From Octopus bimaculoides (taxonomy: Eukaryota): a DNA stretch of 38,690 nucleotides. Where the stretch lies: contig NC_069001.1 in the NCBI RefSeq assembly GCF_001194135.2, positions 33,927,306 through 33,965,995 of the forward strand, read 5' to 3'. Under the pieces are notes generated by a model. That model was not told the origin of the DNA. It searched no databases and saw only the letters and a list, made by a program, of their open reading frames with translations. Positions 22,740-34,109 of the stretch are shown one piece after another. How positions within the stretch are numbered: the first letter of the stretch is position 1; every line of letters starts with the position of its first letter. The position numbers and the translations under genes were made by a program.

Positions 22740-23120
22740 TAGTGTGCACATGTGCATGTGTTTGTGTGTATGTGAGCAAAAGGGAGAGAGCAAATATATG
22801 CACATGCCTATAAACTTACATGTGAGAAGGAAAGAGATACGTGTGTGTGTGTATAAGAATGAACATATGCATATATATATATGAAAATGTACATACCCAA
22901 GAATGTCTGTGCAAAATGGAGTTTGTGTGAGATATATATATATATACATACATACACAGATGAGTGAGTGTGTATGTGCATGAGAGATGGATGGATGGAT
23001 GGATGAATGAATGGATGAGCTGTGCACATAAAAATGAGTTTGTATGTATTTGCACTTTTATGGGTGCATGTATATATATATACATGCCTGAGGATTCGTG
23101 TGAGTATGTGTGTGTTTTCA
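22740..23120. repeat. TG/TA/GGAT low-complexity region
   Basis: Direct reading. Confidence 0.8.
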
Positions 23121-23699
23121 TGGAAAAGACTAGAATTTAGTGATGCCTGAGAAGATTAAACAGCAACAAAAATTGTAATGAAAATTCCAGAACTATCTCA
23201 TCTGACACTCATGATGGCATCAACTTTCATATCCATATTATGAATTGATAACAACGTGTCTGGGTGAGTGAGTGAATGCAGCTGTTAAAAGGTGTGTGTG
23301 GGAAACTGCAAGGGGATTTCAGAGACATTTTATTCATTTCACTGATTCCAATACAAGTCACCTCATTTAATTCTGCCTTTATTGTACTCAAAGTCTGTTA
23401 TTGTCAGAAAAGTGAGTTTAATGTTCTCAGAATACACCTGTATTTTTATCATTAAAATAGGGTATAATTGGATCATATGCTTGGGAGATTAATATGCATA
23501 GAAAGATTTAGATGGGAATAGTGTGCGCGTGTGTGTGTGTGTGTTTGCATATGTATGAATTTTAATGTCTTACATGAGGTTGGTTTAAAACACATGGAAT
23601 AATGAATCATCCCATCTTACATATTGTAACGATGAGAAACAAAGTGAGATGATTATTTGTATGGTATCATAATTCAACCCTAATACATTACCAGTACTA

Positions 23700-23900
23700 A
23701 TTTTATTGATCAGTTAACTGTCAAACAACTGTTTAGTCCAAGCTTAGCCTTCTTAAGCAGATCTGTGGATCAAGGGATTTCTGGCCTTGACTGACTTAGC
23801 TGCTTTTCCAGATTTCACGATCCAATGATTCCATTTGTTTTAAAAATTTGTAGGGTATGATTTGGGAGAGTTTTGGCTGCTATTTCTTTCAAGGTGATTT
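23700..23900 (-). mobile_element. Unclassified interspersed repeat (family E)
   Basis: gtagggtatgatttgggagagttttggctgctatttct is the reverse complement of agaaatagcagccaaatctctttccaatcac at 29364. Related pieces occur at 4540-4622 and 35505-35565. Confidence 0.65.
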
Positions 23901-24867
23901 ACTATAAAGAGCTTAGTATTTATACTGCTTGCATATTCTCCATCTTGCTGCAAGTAGTGATGTTGTTGTTGTTGTTTAGCCTCTGGTAATCCTATGATAA
24001 AAGTTATTCTAGCCAAGGTGTTACACAGTAAGATTGAATCCAAAACATTTTTTTTACCACACAACCACACTTGCATTTTATATATACATATGTGCATCTA
24101 TGTAGTTGCATACTACTATAAGTTGGTGTATCAAATTATATCCCCTTATATCAAAAGGGTAACTTTGGCCTTTGAATAAACAGGGATAGATAAAATAAGT
24201 ATCAGATTAAAATAAGTCTTGGATTAGATATGATCCATGAAATGACTTGAAAGCTGTGCTACAGTATGGCCACAGTCCAGTGACTGAAACCAGTAAAAGA
24301 ATAAAAGAAAGTGTATGGCTGGCTATAATTGAACCAATAATTAATTGAATCTACAAATCTTCTAAATCTTGATTCACATCATTATAACCATAAATGCTAA
24401 TACTGTATCTTCTACGACCTAATCCATAGGACAGCGCATTGAATACAGGTAGGATGACCATTACTCGAAAGCTAACTGAATAATATAATTTGATCAAATA
24501 CATGTTGGACATTATGCCAAGTCATTAGAAATAGGAAAACTTCAGGTCAAGGTAATATAATTGAGTAACTTTTGTGAATTTGCTTAATAACACAAGAGTT
24601 TAATAACATATGAATAACTGGTGTTGAAATTAATATTTTCAATACTGTATGCAAAGGATCAAGTCCTCCCAAGATTATTTAAAAAAAATCATTTTGTGAT
24701 TATATTACTGATGGAATACAGTGTTTTAATTAATTTTGAATATAATCAAGACTATAGAAGGACCAGTGTTTGGAACATAACTTACCAAATGTTTCTTACA
24801 TAAAATTATTCTGGAACACTTTGATTTAAATACAAATACTTTAAAATGCATTTTTGTATTATAGAAT

Positions 24868-25090
24868 TGGTGAAGGTGCATGGCTTAGTGGTCAGGGTTT
24901 ATGCCTGAAGTGGGTGGCATGTCGTGTTCTTGAGCAAAGCACTTCATTTTACATTGCTCAGTGAGTGGGAGAGTGGCAGAATTATTGAAGCCTCAGCAGA
25001 AATATTTATGGCATATCTTCTGGCATTACAATCTGAGTTCAAATCCCACCCACTAGGAGAAGGCAACAGGGAACCACTCCAGTATTCATC
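24868..25090 (+). mobile_element. Composite of two decayed SINE heads followed by a BovB/Bov-A-like motif
   Basis: ggtgcatggcttagtggtcaggg...gttcttgagcaaagcacttc, then a family C head (...tctgagttcaaatccc), then ggagaaggcaacagggaaccactccagtattc. Confidence 0.55.
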
Positions 25091-25402
25091 TAAAGTTTAA
25101 TCAGCATTGCTGAAGTTCCAGTAATCTATCTAATGGTGACAGGTGGAGGGTATGGGTCCTCTCAGATTGTACAGAGAGTGCTGGGGAAAGTTCACATGCA
25201 TAGAACCTGCGCAGGGGCAAGGACAGACCACCACTAGATTAGAGGTCAGAATTAAAGTTAATCTCGCATAGATTAGTATCAGTGGTTTAAACAATCATAT
25301 ATTGGATCTTTTTCATAAACAAGAAAATATAGACATGAAAGGGATTATGCATTGAATACATAAACTTATTTATAATTATGAATAATTATGAATATGTTAC
25401 TG

Positions 25403-25922
25403 GGCCTCATGGTGGTGATGACAAGTGATTGAGAACTTGACAATCAGCTGTGCTTGAGAAGACTCACCAAGCCAATTGAAACCATAGTCCTAGCCATTGC
25501 TAGTGTCATGTGAATGGGACCCGTGAACTCATAACTGTGGTTGTTGCTGGTAGCATGATCTTCAATATTGAGCCTCACAGAGGTGATAACAAGTGACCAA
25601 GACTTTGGTGATATGCTTGAGAAGACTCATCAAGCCAAGTGAAACCATAGTCATGGCTGTTGTCTGTGTCATGTAAGCGGCACCCATGAAAACGTAGTTG
25701 CAACCGTTGCTGGTGTCATATAAATGGCACACGTGTCGGTGGCATGTAAAAAGCACCCATTACACTCTTGGAGTGGTTGGCATTAGGAAGGGCCTTCAAC
25801 CATAGAAACCAAGCCAAATCGGACTGGATCCTGATGCAGCTCTCCGGCTTACCGATTCCAGTCAAACTGTCTAACCCATGCCAGCATGGAAAGCAGATGC
25901 TAAATAATGATGATGATGATGT
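25403..25922 (+). mobile_element. Long RTE 3' UTR copy with a ~165-bp internal tandem duplication and (GAT)n tail
   Basis: gcctca...tgcttgagaagactca[c/t]caagccaa[t/g]tgaaaccatagtc occurs twice (~25403 and ~25571), followed by the standard tail and gatgatgatgat. Confidence 0.85.
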
Positions 25923-26931
25923 TACTGAATTTGATAAAAGCAAGAATTTCAGCACATTGTTTTTCTTCTATATCTCCATTAAACAGCTTGAGTTTGAACT
26001 CAGAACTTTCATTTCTAATGCAGCTGCAACCACCTTCTGACCGACCACACTAAAAGCAATTACATCTCATTTGAGAAATGGTAGCCATATTGTGTTTAGG
26101 TTAGTGCTGAGTTTACTAGTTTCCTGTTAGCACAATATGAATTAGTCTCTTGAGTGCATGTATCTCACCTCTTCCATTTTCTTGATGCATTGTTTAAAAT
26201 TGAAATCGTTCCAAAACGATATGTGATTTCCTATTTTAGACAGTATAAATTTTTTTTTAACCATTCATGACTTTAGTATTTTCTCTTTGATCAATGCCTT
26301 TTGATGTTCTACTCCAATCCCTAGGTGGTCGCCTGGGGATTAAAGTAGAACATACATATTTATACCACACACATACACACACATACAAATATATGTATAT
26401 ATGTGCAAACACACACATACACACGTATTGGTGCAGTTGGCGACATTACAAAAAATCTGCATAAAACCCTAGAAATATTAGGAAAAGAAAACAATACAGA
26501 CTGACTAAAATTCTCTAAACGCAGTTAGGAATACAGTGAAAAATTTTAAAACATTCCAGGGATTCTCCAGTTAAGGTTCCTGGGTGAATGTCTGCACATA
26601 ACCACATATACGTATGGAGTTCCCCCACTCCACATACACACATAGTAATGAAACACATACTCTTGTGTAGTGATGTAACATACACACTCAAGACAGGCAT
26701 GCAAGTTTATTCACCTAGACACACACGTGTACACACATGTATACACGCTAACCCTTTCAGGTAACCACAAACTCCCAACTGCTGACTGGACTTCAAAGAC
26801 CCTTGCCACATTGTTCATGACTTGCTTGAATCCTGCAAAAGGCAAAAACACTTAAATAAATCTCCTTAAAATACATAAATACATATGCATACATACACAC
26901 GCACACACACAATACAGGTGTATTAGTGCAA

Positions 26932-27130
26932 ATATCATCATCATCATTGTCATTTAACATCCTCTTTTCCATGCTGGTATGGGGTGGATGGTGTGACAAG
27001 AACAGGCAAGTCAAAAGGCTGCACTAGATTCTATGTCTGCTTTGATATGGTTTCTACGACTGGATGCCCTTCCTAATACCAAACACTTAAGGATGCTTTT
27101 TATGTGGCACCAGCACTGGTGAGGTAACCA
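26932..27130 (-). mobile_element. RTE 3' tail fragment
   Basis: (cat)n ttgtcatttaacatcc...ccatgctgg...ggtttctacgactggatgcccttcctaatacc. Confidence 0.8.
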
Positions 27131-27719
27131 AGTACCGACAAGATATAACCCCTCAACTGAGTGGAATGTAGAATGGAGGAATAAGAAACTATGATAGAAA
27201 AGGGGCAGGTGTCCTGCAGAAGAAGGGTGTGCACGGCTTGCCCATCTGTAAAGAAAGGAAGAGAGAGAGAGATGTGAGGTCCAGGTACATGGTGAATACT
27301 TTTATAGCTATTGTACTACACCTCAGAACAAAGCGTATAATTCTACTCAGTCCAGTTAGTCTGACTATGTGGGAGAAAATGCCCTGCTTAATGACTGATG
27401 GTAGAAAGGGCTCTCACCTTTAAAAACAATTGCTTTTTCATAAACATCCCCACAACCCAACCTAAGTGGATTAAAAGAAATAAAAATTAATATGCATTCA
27501 CTGGTTTCTGATAATTATAGTAGAACCTATGCTATAATTTGTCTTTCATTAGAATAACTAACCTGACCTGGTATATTTTTTAAAATAAATTGAAATAAAG
27601 CAAGTGGTATCTTTCCTAATGGACCTTATAAGACTCACGTGATCTGTTAGTTAAGCTGCAAAGAACAGGAACCCTGTTCATTAACAATTGCTACTGGACT
27701 ATACAATATATATAGTCCA

Positions 27720-27720
27720 C

Positions 27721-27810
<90 letters not shown>
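27720..27810. repeat. (TG)n(TA)n microsatellite
   Basis: Direct reading. Confidence 0.95.
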
Positions 27811-27811
<1 letters not shown>

Positions 27812-28380
27812 GATGAAAGACCCATTATCTGTATGTATTGCTTTTACTTTGCATGATATAGCTAAAACCATTTTCAAGTCTCTCAGGAAGTGGGTTAATC
27901 AATGAATTATTGATTCCCTGAAAATGTTTTGTTACCTTTGATCTTGCTTGTTTCTGGGGAACAGAGAGAGACAAAAGTAGGGACAGACAATAATGCTATT
28001 CTTCTATCCTATTTCTGTATTTCATATTTTCTGTCTATTTCACATTTTAGAAACTCTATTGTACTTTAATTGCAGAGCATTTAAAAAAAAACAGAAAAAA
28101 TTATAATGTGCTTGGAGCATTCTTAAATTAAATTCTCTATCATTATAGCTTTTTTCCCCTGAATTATTCATATTCAGGAATAGGGATTTTGAGACCAAAC
28201 TATTAAGTAACATTACTTTTCTTCCATCAGTGGAACTGATTCTATCATAGATATTCCTTCTTATATAGCATTTATTTTATAAAATGATGTTCAAGTTTAA
28301 CTTTGACAATCTATTTAAGTATCCAAAGTATGATACTAATGGCCTTGTTTGTCCTGCACTTCAACATTTTGACCGTAGAT

Positions 28381-28812
28381 ACAGGCATGGCTGTGTGTAA
28401 GAAGCTTGCTTCCCAACCACATGGTTCCAGGTTCAGTCTCACTGCCTGATGACACCTTAGGCAAGTGTTGTCTATCATAACCTCGGGTCGACCAAAGCCT
28501 TGTGAGTGGATTTAGATGGAAACTGAAAGAAGCCCATTGTATATATATATAAGTGTGTGTGTGTGCATATATATATATATATATCCATGTGTGTCTTTGT
28601 GTCTGTGTTTGTCCCCCACCACTACTTGACAACCGGTGTTGGTGGGTTTACATCCACACAAATTAGCAGTTCAGCAAGAGCGAACAATAGAAGAAGTACC
28701 TGGCTTTAAACGATAAGTAGTGAGGTCAGTTCATTCAACTAAAAATTCTTCAATGTGTTGCCCCAGCATGGCCGCAGTCTAATGACTGAATCAAGTAAAC
28801 AATAAAAATAAA
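28381..28812 (+). mobile_element. Family A SINE, full-length
   Basis: caggcatggctgtgtgtaagaagcttgcttcccaaccacatggttccaggttcagtc...ccccagcatggccgcagtctaatgactgaa. Confidence 0.9.
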
Positions 28813-29334
28813 AGATTCAACAATTGTGCTTGTCTATTTAATCTTAACGAAATGAAATTTCTGACAAAATTTTTATTTTTTAAATGTATATAAGCAGTCT
28901 ATCTGAATAATAAAATCCATTTTTGATAAAGTTAAGGATTAAAGAATTTGATTAATTTTCCTTTTCCAAGCAAGGCTTTCTCATAGAATTGAACCTAAAC
29001 TTAGTTTCTATTACAGAAACCAATAAAAAACACATCTTCCCTGGATAAAATGTTAGTCTGTTACAGGTTTGTTATTGAGAAACCTTTTTGATAGTATTAA
29101 AATTGAGATAGTAAATCATCTGTTTTGTATATGTGACTTCCACTTTGTTTCAACATCCTGCCCATATTTAAGTAATTCCATTTTTGGATTAGGTCTCATA
29201 ATTACATTACTGATTTTTTTTTTAGAGGGAGAGTAACATAAAAGATCACCCAAAGTAGGATTTATACTGAAGAAATATAACCAAAATTATGAATGCTAAT
29301 TCTTTTCTAATAACTTGATTGCATATTAGAAGCT

Positions 29335-29495
29335 TCTGTATGGCTGTTCAACCTGCTCCAGCTAGAAATAGCAGCCAAATCTCTTTCCAATCACATTCCT
29401 GTTACCTTTAAAAAAGAGGAGAGCATATTATATAATGTAGCGATAGACTGCCTTAAAAGAACAGGATCAGGCTGACCTAGGGGAAACAGCAACCA
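29335..29495 (+). mobile_element. Family E interspersed repeat
   Basis: ctagaaatagcagccaaatctc...ggctgacctagggga; see 23700-23900. Confidence 0.65.
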
Positions 29496-29704
29496 CATTA
29501 TAAAATTTTGCAAATCTTAGACTATAAAATGCAATCAGAATTTTCAAAAGGTTTCAGTTTGTATTAATATAATTAGAATTGGTAAAATATTTAGTTAATT
29601 AGAAAGAATAAGAATCGAATGAATTTCGGTTTTAACCGTACTCCAACGTATCGATTGCCTAAAAAGGTTGTTTAATCTCATTAAGTTTTCTTATTTCATC
29701 TCAG

Positions 29705-29781
29705 CAGTTAGATCTTGGATTAATTTTCCGGTGAACTGGAAGCACGCAGTTGAATTTGTAGCTAAGAATAATAGAATCTAA
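29705..29781 (+). CDS. Candidate terminal coding exon of an unidentified gene (phase-1 entry): VRSWINFPVNWKHAVEFVAKNNRI*
   Basis: Pyrimidine-rich acceptor ttaagttttcttatttcatctcag|cag|, one open frame ending in TAA at 29779-29781, then ~1.4 kb of TE-free A/T-tract sequence with AATAAA motifs. Protein not recognised. Confidence 0.4.
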
Positions 29782-31257
29782 GAATTCTTGTTGTTTATAT
29801 TGAAAAAAAAAAAAACTAACAAAACAAAACATTTTAATGGTTAGTGCAAGTTCAACCAGATTAAATAGGGTTTAACTGGTATATTTCTAAGAAAAGTACC
29901 AGTAATTCATCTGTTGTACCTTTATTCCTTATGTTGATCTGGGTATTAAATTATTTCTTAAGCTTTGATTAACTAAATGGATCTTGGAATGGCAAAGAAT
30001 TAAAAATAAAAAAAATGAAAATACTAGAAAATAATAAAAACAGTCAAGTTAGCAAACATTCAAAATTTTTATCCTAACATTTCGTTTCTGCTATCTTATT
30101 CTGGTTGTCAAAAAATTTCCCTTTGACAACAGCACGTTAAGAATATCATCACTTAATGTTTTTTTCTTTTTTTTTTCTATCAATACAAATCCTAGTATTG
30201 AGACACAGGTCAGCAATTCTGGAAGTTAGTTATTTGATTCTAGTCTCTTATTATAAACTCACTAGTTCTCACTTAACTTCTTTATTGTTTGTTTTTTCTT
30301 TGTTGCCTGGCTCTGTTTTGCAATGAGGTGTGGTCGTTTGTCAGTTGAGGAATTGTATCATTGGAATGGCACACTGAGAAAAACATGAGTTTCCTAAAGG
30401 CATCGGAGACAAAGATAATAGTGTAACGAACTTTTATCAATATTGTATCCACTTCCCTAAATTTGATACAAGTCACCAGCACTCTAAATACTAATTTCCC
30501 TTGCTTTGAATAATTTAGTTCAAAAATCAAAGCTACCATTTTTGATAAAATTGGTTTGATTAAAAAAAAAAAAAAAATTGGATTTCTTTTTATTTTCTTT
30601 TTGTTTTTCTTTTTTTTTATTTCTTGTTCCTTTTATCTTTCTGTTCTGTTTTGTGATAACTTTTCATTTTTTTTTTTTCATTTTTTTTTTGCATTGCCTT
30701 TTGATAATTCTTGTCAAAGGTTGTCTTTTTTTAATGATGATGAAGTAAGGTGTTTCAATTGCATCTCTGTGTTGCCTTTATGGCTAGTAGCTTTAGGTTT
30801 GAAGCAAAAAAATTTAAAAACAAAACAAAGCAAAACAAAAATATACAACCCAGAAAAAAAAAACAACTTAAGTAAAAAAAATTCTTGTGCAAGATTTACA
30901 AAAAAAAAATAAAAAATAAAAAAAAACAACAAAATATCTCCCAAAACAAATTGCAGTGACATGAGAAATATTTGAAGGCAATGATGTGAAGAGTTTGTTA
31001 TAACTGATATCAGCAGGTTGCAAAATGTGTCACTTCTTGCTACTACCTGCACATGATTTTAAAATTAAAACAACAGTGTGTTTCTTTCGCAAGAATGACA
31101 TGCAAATTCTAATGTTCTAAAAGCTTTCTGGTGACATATTCAACTACAAGTTTCAATTTGCTTTGCAATGTATCAGAATTTAGTTAAAAACAAAGAAAAC
31201 AGAAAAAGTAAAAGTATCTTTGGAATTCATTTAGAGAATTTCAAATTATATACTAAG

Positions 31258-31785
31258 TGCAGGCGAGACTGTGTGGTAAGAAGTTTGCTTCCCAACCACA
31301 TGGTTCTGGGTTCAGTCCCACTGCATGGCACCTTGGGAAAATGTCTTTTATAGCCAAAGGCTGACCAAAGCCTTGTGAGTGGATTTGGTTGATGGAAACT
31401 GAAAGAAGCATGTCATGTCATCATCATCATATGATGTTGGTTGTTCATGCTGGTAATGGGTTGGTTGGTTTGACCAGGACTTGCAAGCTGGAGAGCTGTA
31501 CCACATTGCAGTCTGATTTGGCATGGTTTCTATGGCTGGATGCCCTTCCTGACACCAACCGCTTTACAGAGTGTGCTCGGCATTTTACCTGGCACTACCA
31601 TGAATGCTTTCTANNNNNNNNNNGCATTTTACCTGGCACTACCATGAATGCTTTCTATGTGGCACTATGTATGTGTGTTTTTGTGCTTGTACCCCACTCG
31701 CCACTGTTTGACAACCAGTGTTAGTGTATTTATGTCCCCGTAACTTATCACTTTGGCAAAAGAGGTAAATGAGAGCAAATAGAGG
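31258..31785 (+). mobile_element. Family A SINE with an antisense RTE tail inserted at its internal microsatellite position
   Basis: Head gcaggcgagactgtgtggtaagaag at 31258, RTE tail at 31413-31665 on the minus strand, and the SINE body resumes (ttgacaaccagtgttagtgtatttatgtccccgtaactt). Confidence 0.8.
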
Positions 31786-31830
31786 ACCTTGCTTAAGGCA
31801 CAGCACATTGGCCTAAAGTTTGAAATTCTG

Positions 31831-32050
31831 TTAACCCTTTAACATTTAAACTGGCCATATCAGATCCTTACTGTTTTATGTTCAACCCAGCCAGATCCAG
31901 CCTCTCACACGTATCCTACAATGTTATTTTACAAATAAACAATCACATCATTGAAATCTCAAATCTGTGAGATAATGCTTGATTAATTAGAGACAATGGG
32001 AATAAATAAGCAGAGCATTTGACAGAATAATCTGAACATTAGAAGGTTAA
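31831..32050 (+). mobile_element. piggyBac-type MITE family P1, complete
   Basis: ttaa|cccttt...agaagg|ttaa. Confidence 0.8.
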
Positions 32051-32068
32051 TGTGGTCAATAAAATAAT

Positions 32069-32249
32069 TTAAGTTGAAGTGGAATAAATGAAGTGAGTTC
32101 TGATGTCTTGAGCAGGGATTTTCTGTGAAGAGCAGTGATGTGTGGTGGAACTTTGTGAGTGAGGTTGAGGAGTATGAGAAGAAAAATATAAAAGAGGAAA
32201 GCAAAGACAACATGCATTGGCATAATAATGTAGGTGACAAGTTAATAGA
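32069..32249 (-). CDS. Candidate terminal exon of a minus-strand gene
   Basis: Strong minus-strand 3' splice site: ttctaac branch, ttccgtc(t)11cttatcag|. The phase-2 frame LLTCHLHYYANACCLCFPLLYFSSHTPQ...STST* is open. No homology recognised. Confidence 0.25.
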
Positions 32250-32628
32250 CTGATAAGAAAAAAAAAAAGACGGAAGTTAGAAGAATGTGTTTGTACATAA
32301 TAGATACAACAAAGGTATGTGTAGGTACATATATTTACATGTGTAAGTAGAATAAAAGTGAAGAAAAGGATAGATAAACAAGAAGTAGTAATTGTTGGTA
32401 TAAGATAGAATGAGGCTGACACAGTAATGTATGAATAAACGAATAATAAACATGTAAATATATGCATACGCATATATGAATACATGGACGCATGTACACA
32501 GTAAGACATGTCTGCAACACAGGTGGAAGGGGTGGTTAAGGAAAGAAAGATGGAAGGTTTGGTAGAAGTGAATTGGTGGTGGGGGGGGAGGGGAATAAAT
32601 GTGAAACTAATGAAAAATGTTGATTCAC

Positions 32629-32694
32629 TCAGAACTGTTGCTTCCAAGCAATTTAGCAAACGGTTCAAGTTGAGCTTCATAACAATGCACAAAA
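32629..32694 (-). CDS. Candidate 66-nt symmetric exon, minus strand
   Basis: Preceded on the minus strand by a ~100-nt U-rich tract ending tttttctggggcag|, with donor TGA|gtgaat. The phase-2 frame FVHCYEAQLEPFAKLLGSNSS is open and joins 32249 in frame. Confidence 0.25.
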
Positions 32695-32811
32695 CTGCCC
32701 CAGAAAAACAAAACAAAAAAAACAAAACAAAAAACAAAAACAAAAAAAAACAAGAACAAAAAATAAAAAAATATGAACGACCAAAAAAAAAACAAAGACA
32801 GATCTTGAAAT

Positions 32812-33050
32812 AAAATTTTACTCTTACATTTTAGAATTGTCGAGGCATGGAATAAATTATCTGCACTGGTAGTTGTTTGTTATCAATACATCGTATCCTT
32901 CAAAAATTCCATGCTTCCCAGAATTTGTCAACACTATTCCTGACATGCCTATACACCCTTTTCATTCTTGTATTTTATTCTTTGTACTCTTGGCTCTCAT
33001 TGTTGTCTTTTGTACTTGACTTATTATTGCTTTTTCAACCCTTCGTTTAC
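32812..33050 (+). mobile_element. CR1/L2-group LINE 3' end remnant
   Basis: RIVEAWNKLSALVV...SFKNSMLPRICQHYS* resembles the F..RVV..WN.LP..VV......FK C-terminus of CR1-group ORF2. Confidence 0.65.
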
Positions 33051-33242
33051 CCTTTTCTGATAATTATGTACTTGAGTACTGTATGCAAAAAGCTCAGGAT
33101 TTTAAAACACTTTTATTTTTCCAAAATAGTCCTGCTAATTTACTATAGTATTTTGTCTTATTTTTCTTATCTGTAAAGTTTTCAGCATATTGCTCCACTT
33201 TGGAGTAAACAATATTTTTGGTTTTTGTGGAGAGCTGCACCA

Positions 33243-33335
33243 AGTTTCAGTCTGATTTGGCTTGGTTTCTATGGCTGGATGCCCTTCCTAATGCCAACCA
33301 CTTTACATTGTGATCCAGGTGCTTTTCATAATGCA
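33243..33335 (-). mobile_element. RTE tail fragment
   Basis: cagtctgatttggcttggtttctatggctggatgcccttcctaatgccaaccactttaca. Confidence 0.8.
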
Positions 33336-33635
33336 CTAGCATGCCACAATTTGGAACATGCAAACATACCATAGATAAATTCTTTATGACTCTTTTCATG
33401 TTCACTTTTGTATTCTCTCTTAATGTTCGCTTTTTTATTCTCTGTACTGTGCATGTACTTTTGGCCTGCATTATCTGATTTACATGTCTACTTTCTAATG
33501 TCTCTTTTAAAAGTTGAAGTGCACCTGGGCACTGTATACAATAAGCTCGTTATTATTATTCTTATTATAGCAGCTAGCTGGAAAAATCCCTGGTATATTG
33601 GATTTAGTGTCATTTCTTATGAAATTCTGTTAAGG

Positions 33636-33920
33636 TCATCTTTGCCTTTTGTCCTTTCAGAGCCAGTAAAATAAGTACCAGTTGAGTACAGGGGGTTGAT
33701 GTAACTGACTTACCCCCTGCCACCCAAATTCAAGGTGTTGTGCCCATAATACAAAGAATAATCATTATGACCATTTTTTAAATATTATGATGGCTTGCTG
33801 GAAGAACCATTAATACATTGGATAAAATGCTTCATGGCATTTCTTCTTACTCATTACATTCTGAGTTCAAATTGTGCTAAAGTCAACTTTGCTTGGCATC
33901 ATTTTGGGGTTGGTTAACTA
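33636..33920 (+). mobile_element. Two family C SINE fragments (3' part, then a head)
   Basis: tttgccttttgtcctttc...aataagtaccagttgagtacagggggttgatgtaactgactt, then ttacattctgagttcaaattgtgctaaagtcaactttgc. Confidence 0.7.
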
Positions 33921-34109
33921 AAACACCACTTGTTGAAGCAGAATTTCTATGGCCAGATTCTGTTCTTGTTGCCAAATATCACTTTTTAACAAGTAAGGTT
34001 ATATTTCTCTTAGCTGGACAAATTTTCATGAATGACTGGAAATTGACTCTGCTTCTATGACAAAGTGACACTTGCTTACAAATATCATGTAATGTCAAAA
34101 CACACATAA

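Noticed and set aside
18324-23270. Identical 16-mer acgtgtctgggtgagt with a donor consensus at ~18325 and ~23255
   Set aside because: The flanks are unrelated, all three frames upstream of the second copy are closed, and a single such match in 38 kb is compatible with chance.
25987-26052. Acceptor tctccattaaacag| followed by LEFELRTFISNAAATTF*
   Set aside because: The pyrimidine tract lies just after an RTE tail, there is no donor and no UTR-like support, so it is weaker than the 29705 candidate.
30735-30790. Possible SECIS-like atga...aa hairpin in the UTR-like zone
   Set aside because: The 3' GA of the non-Watson-Crick quartet is missing.
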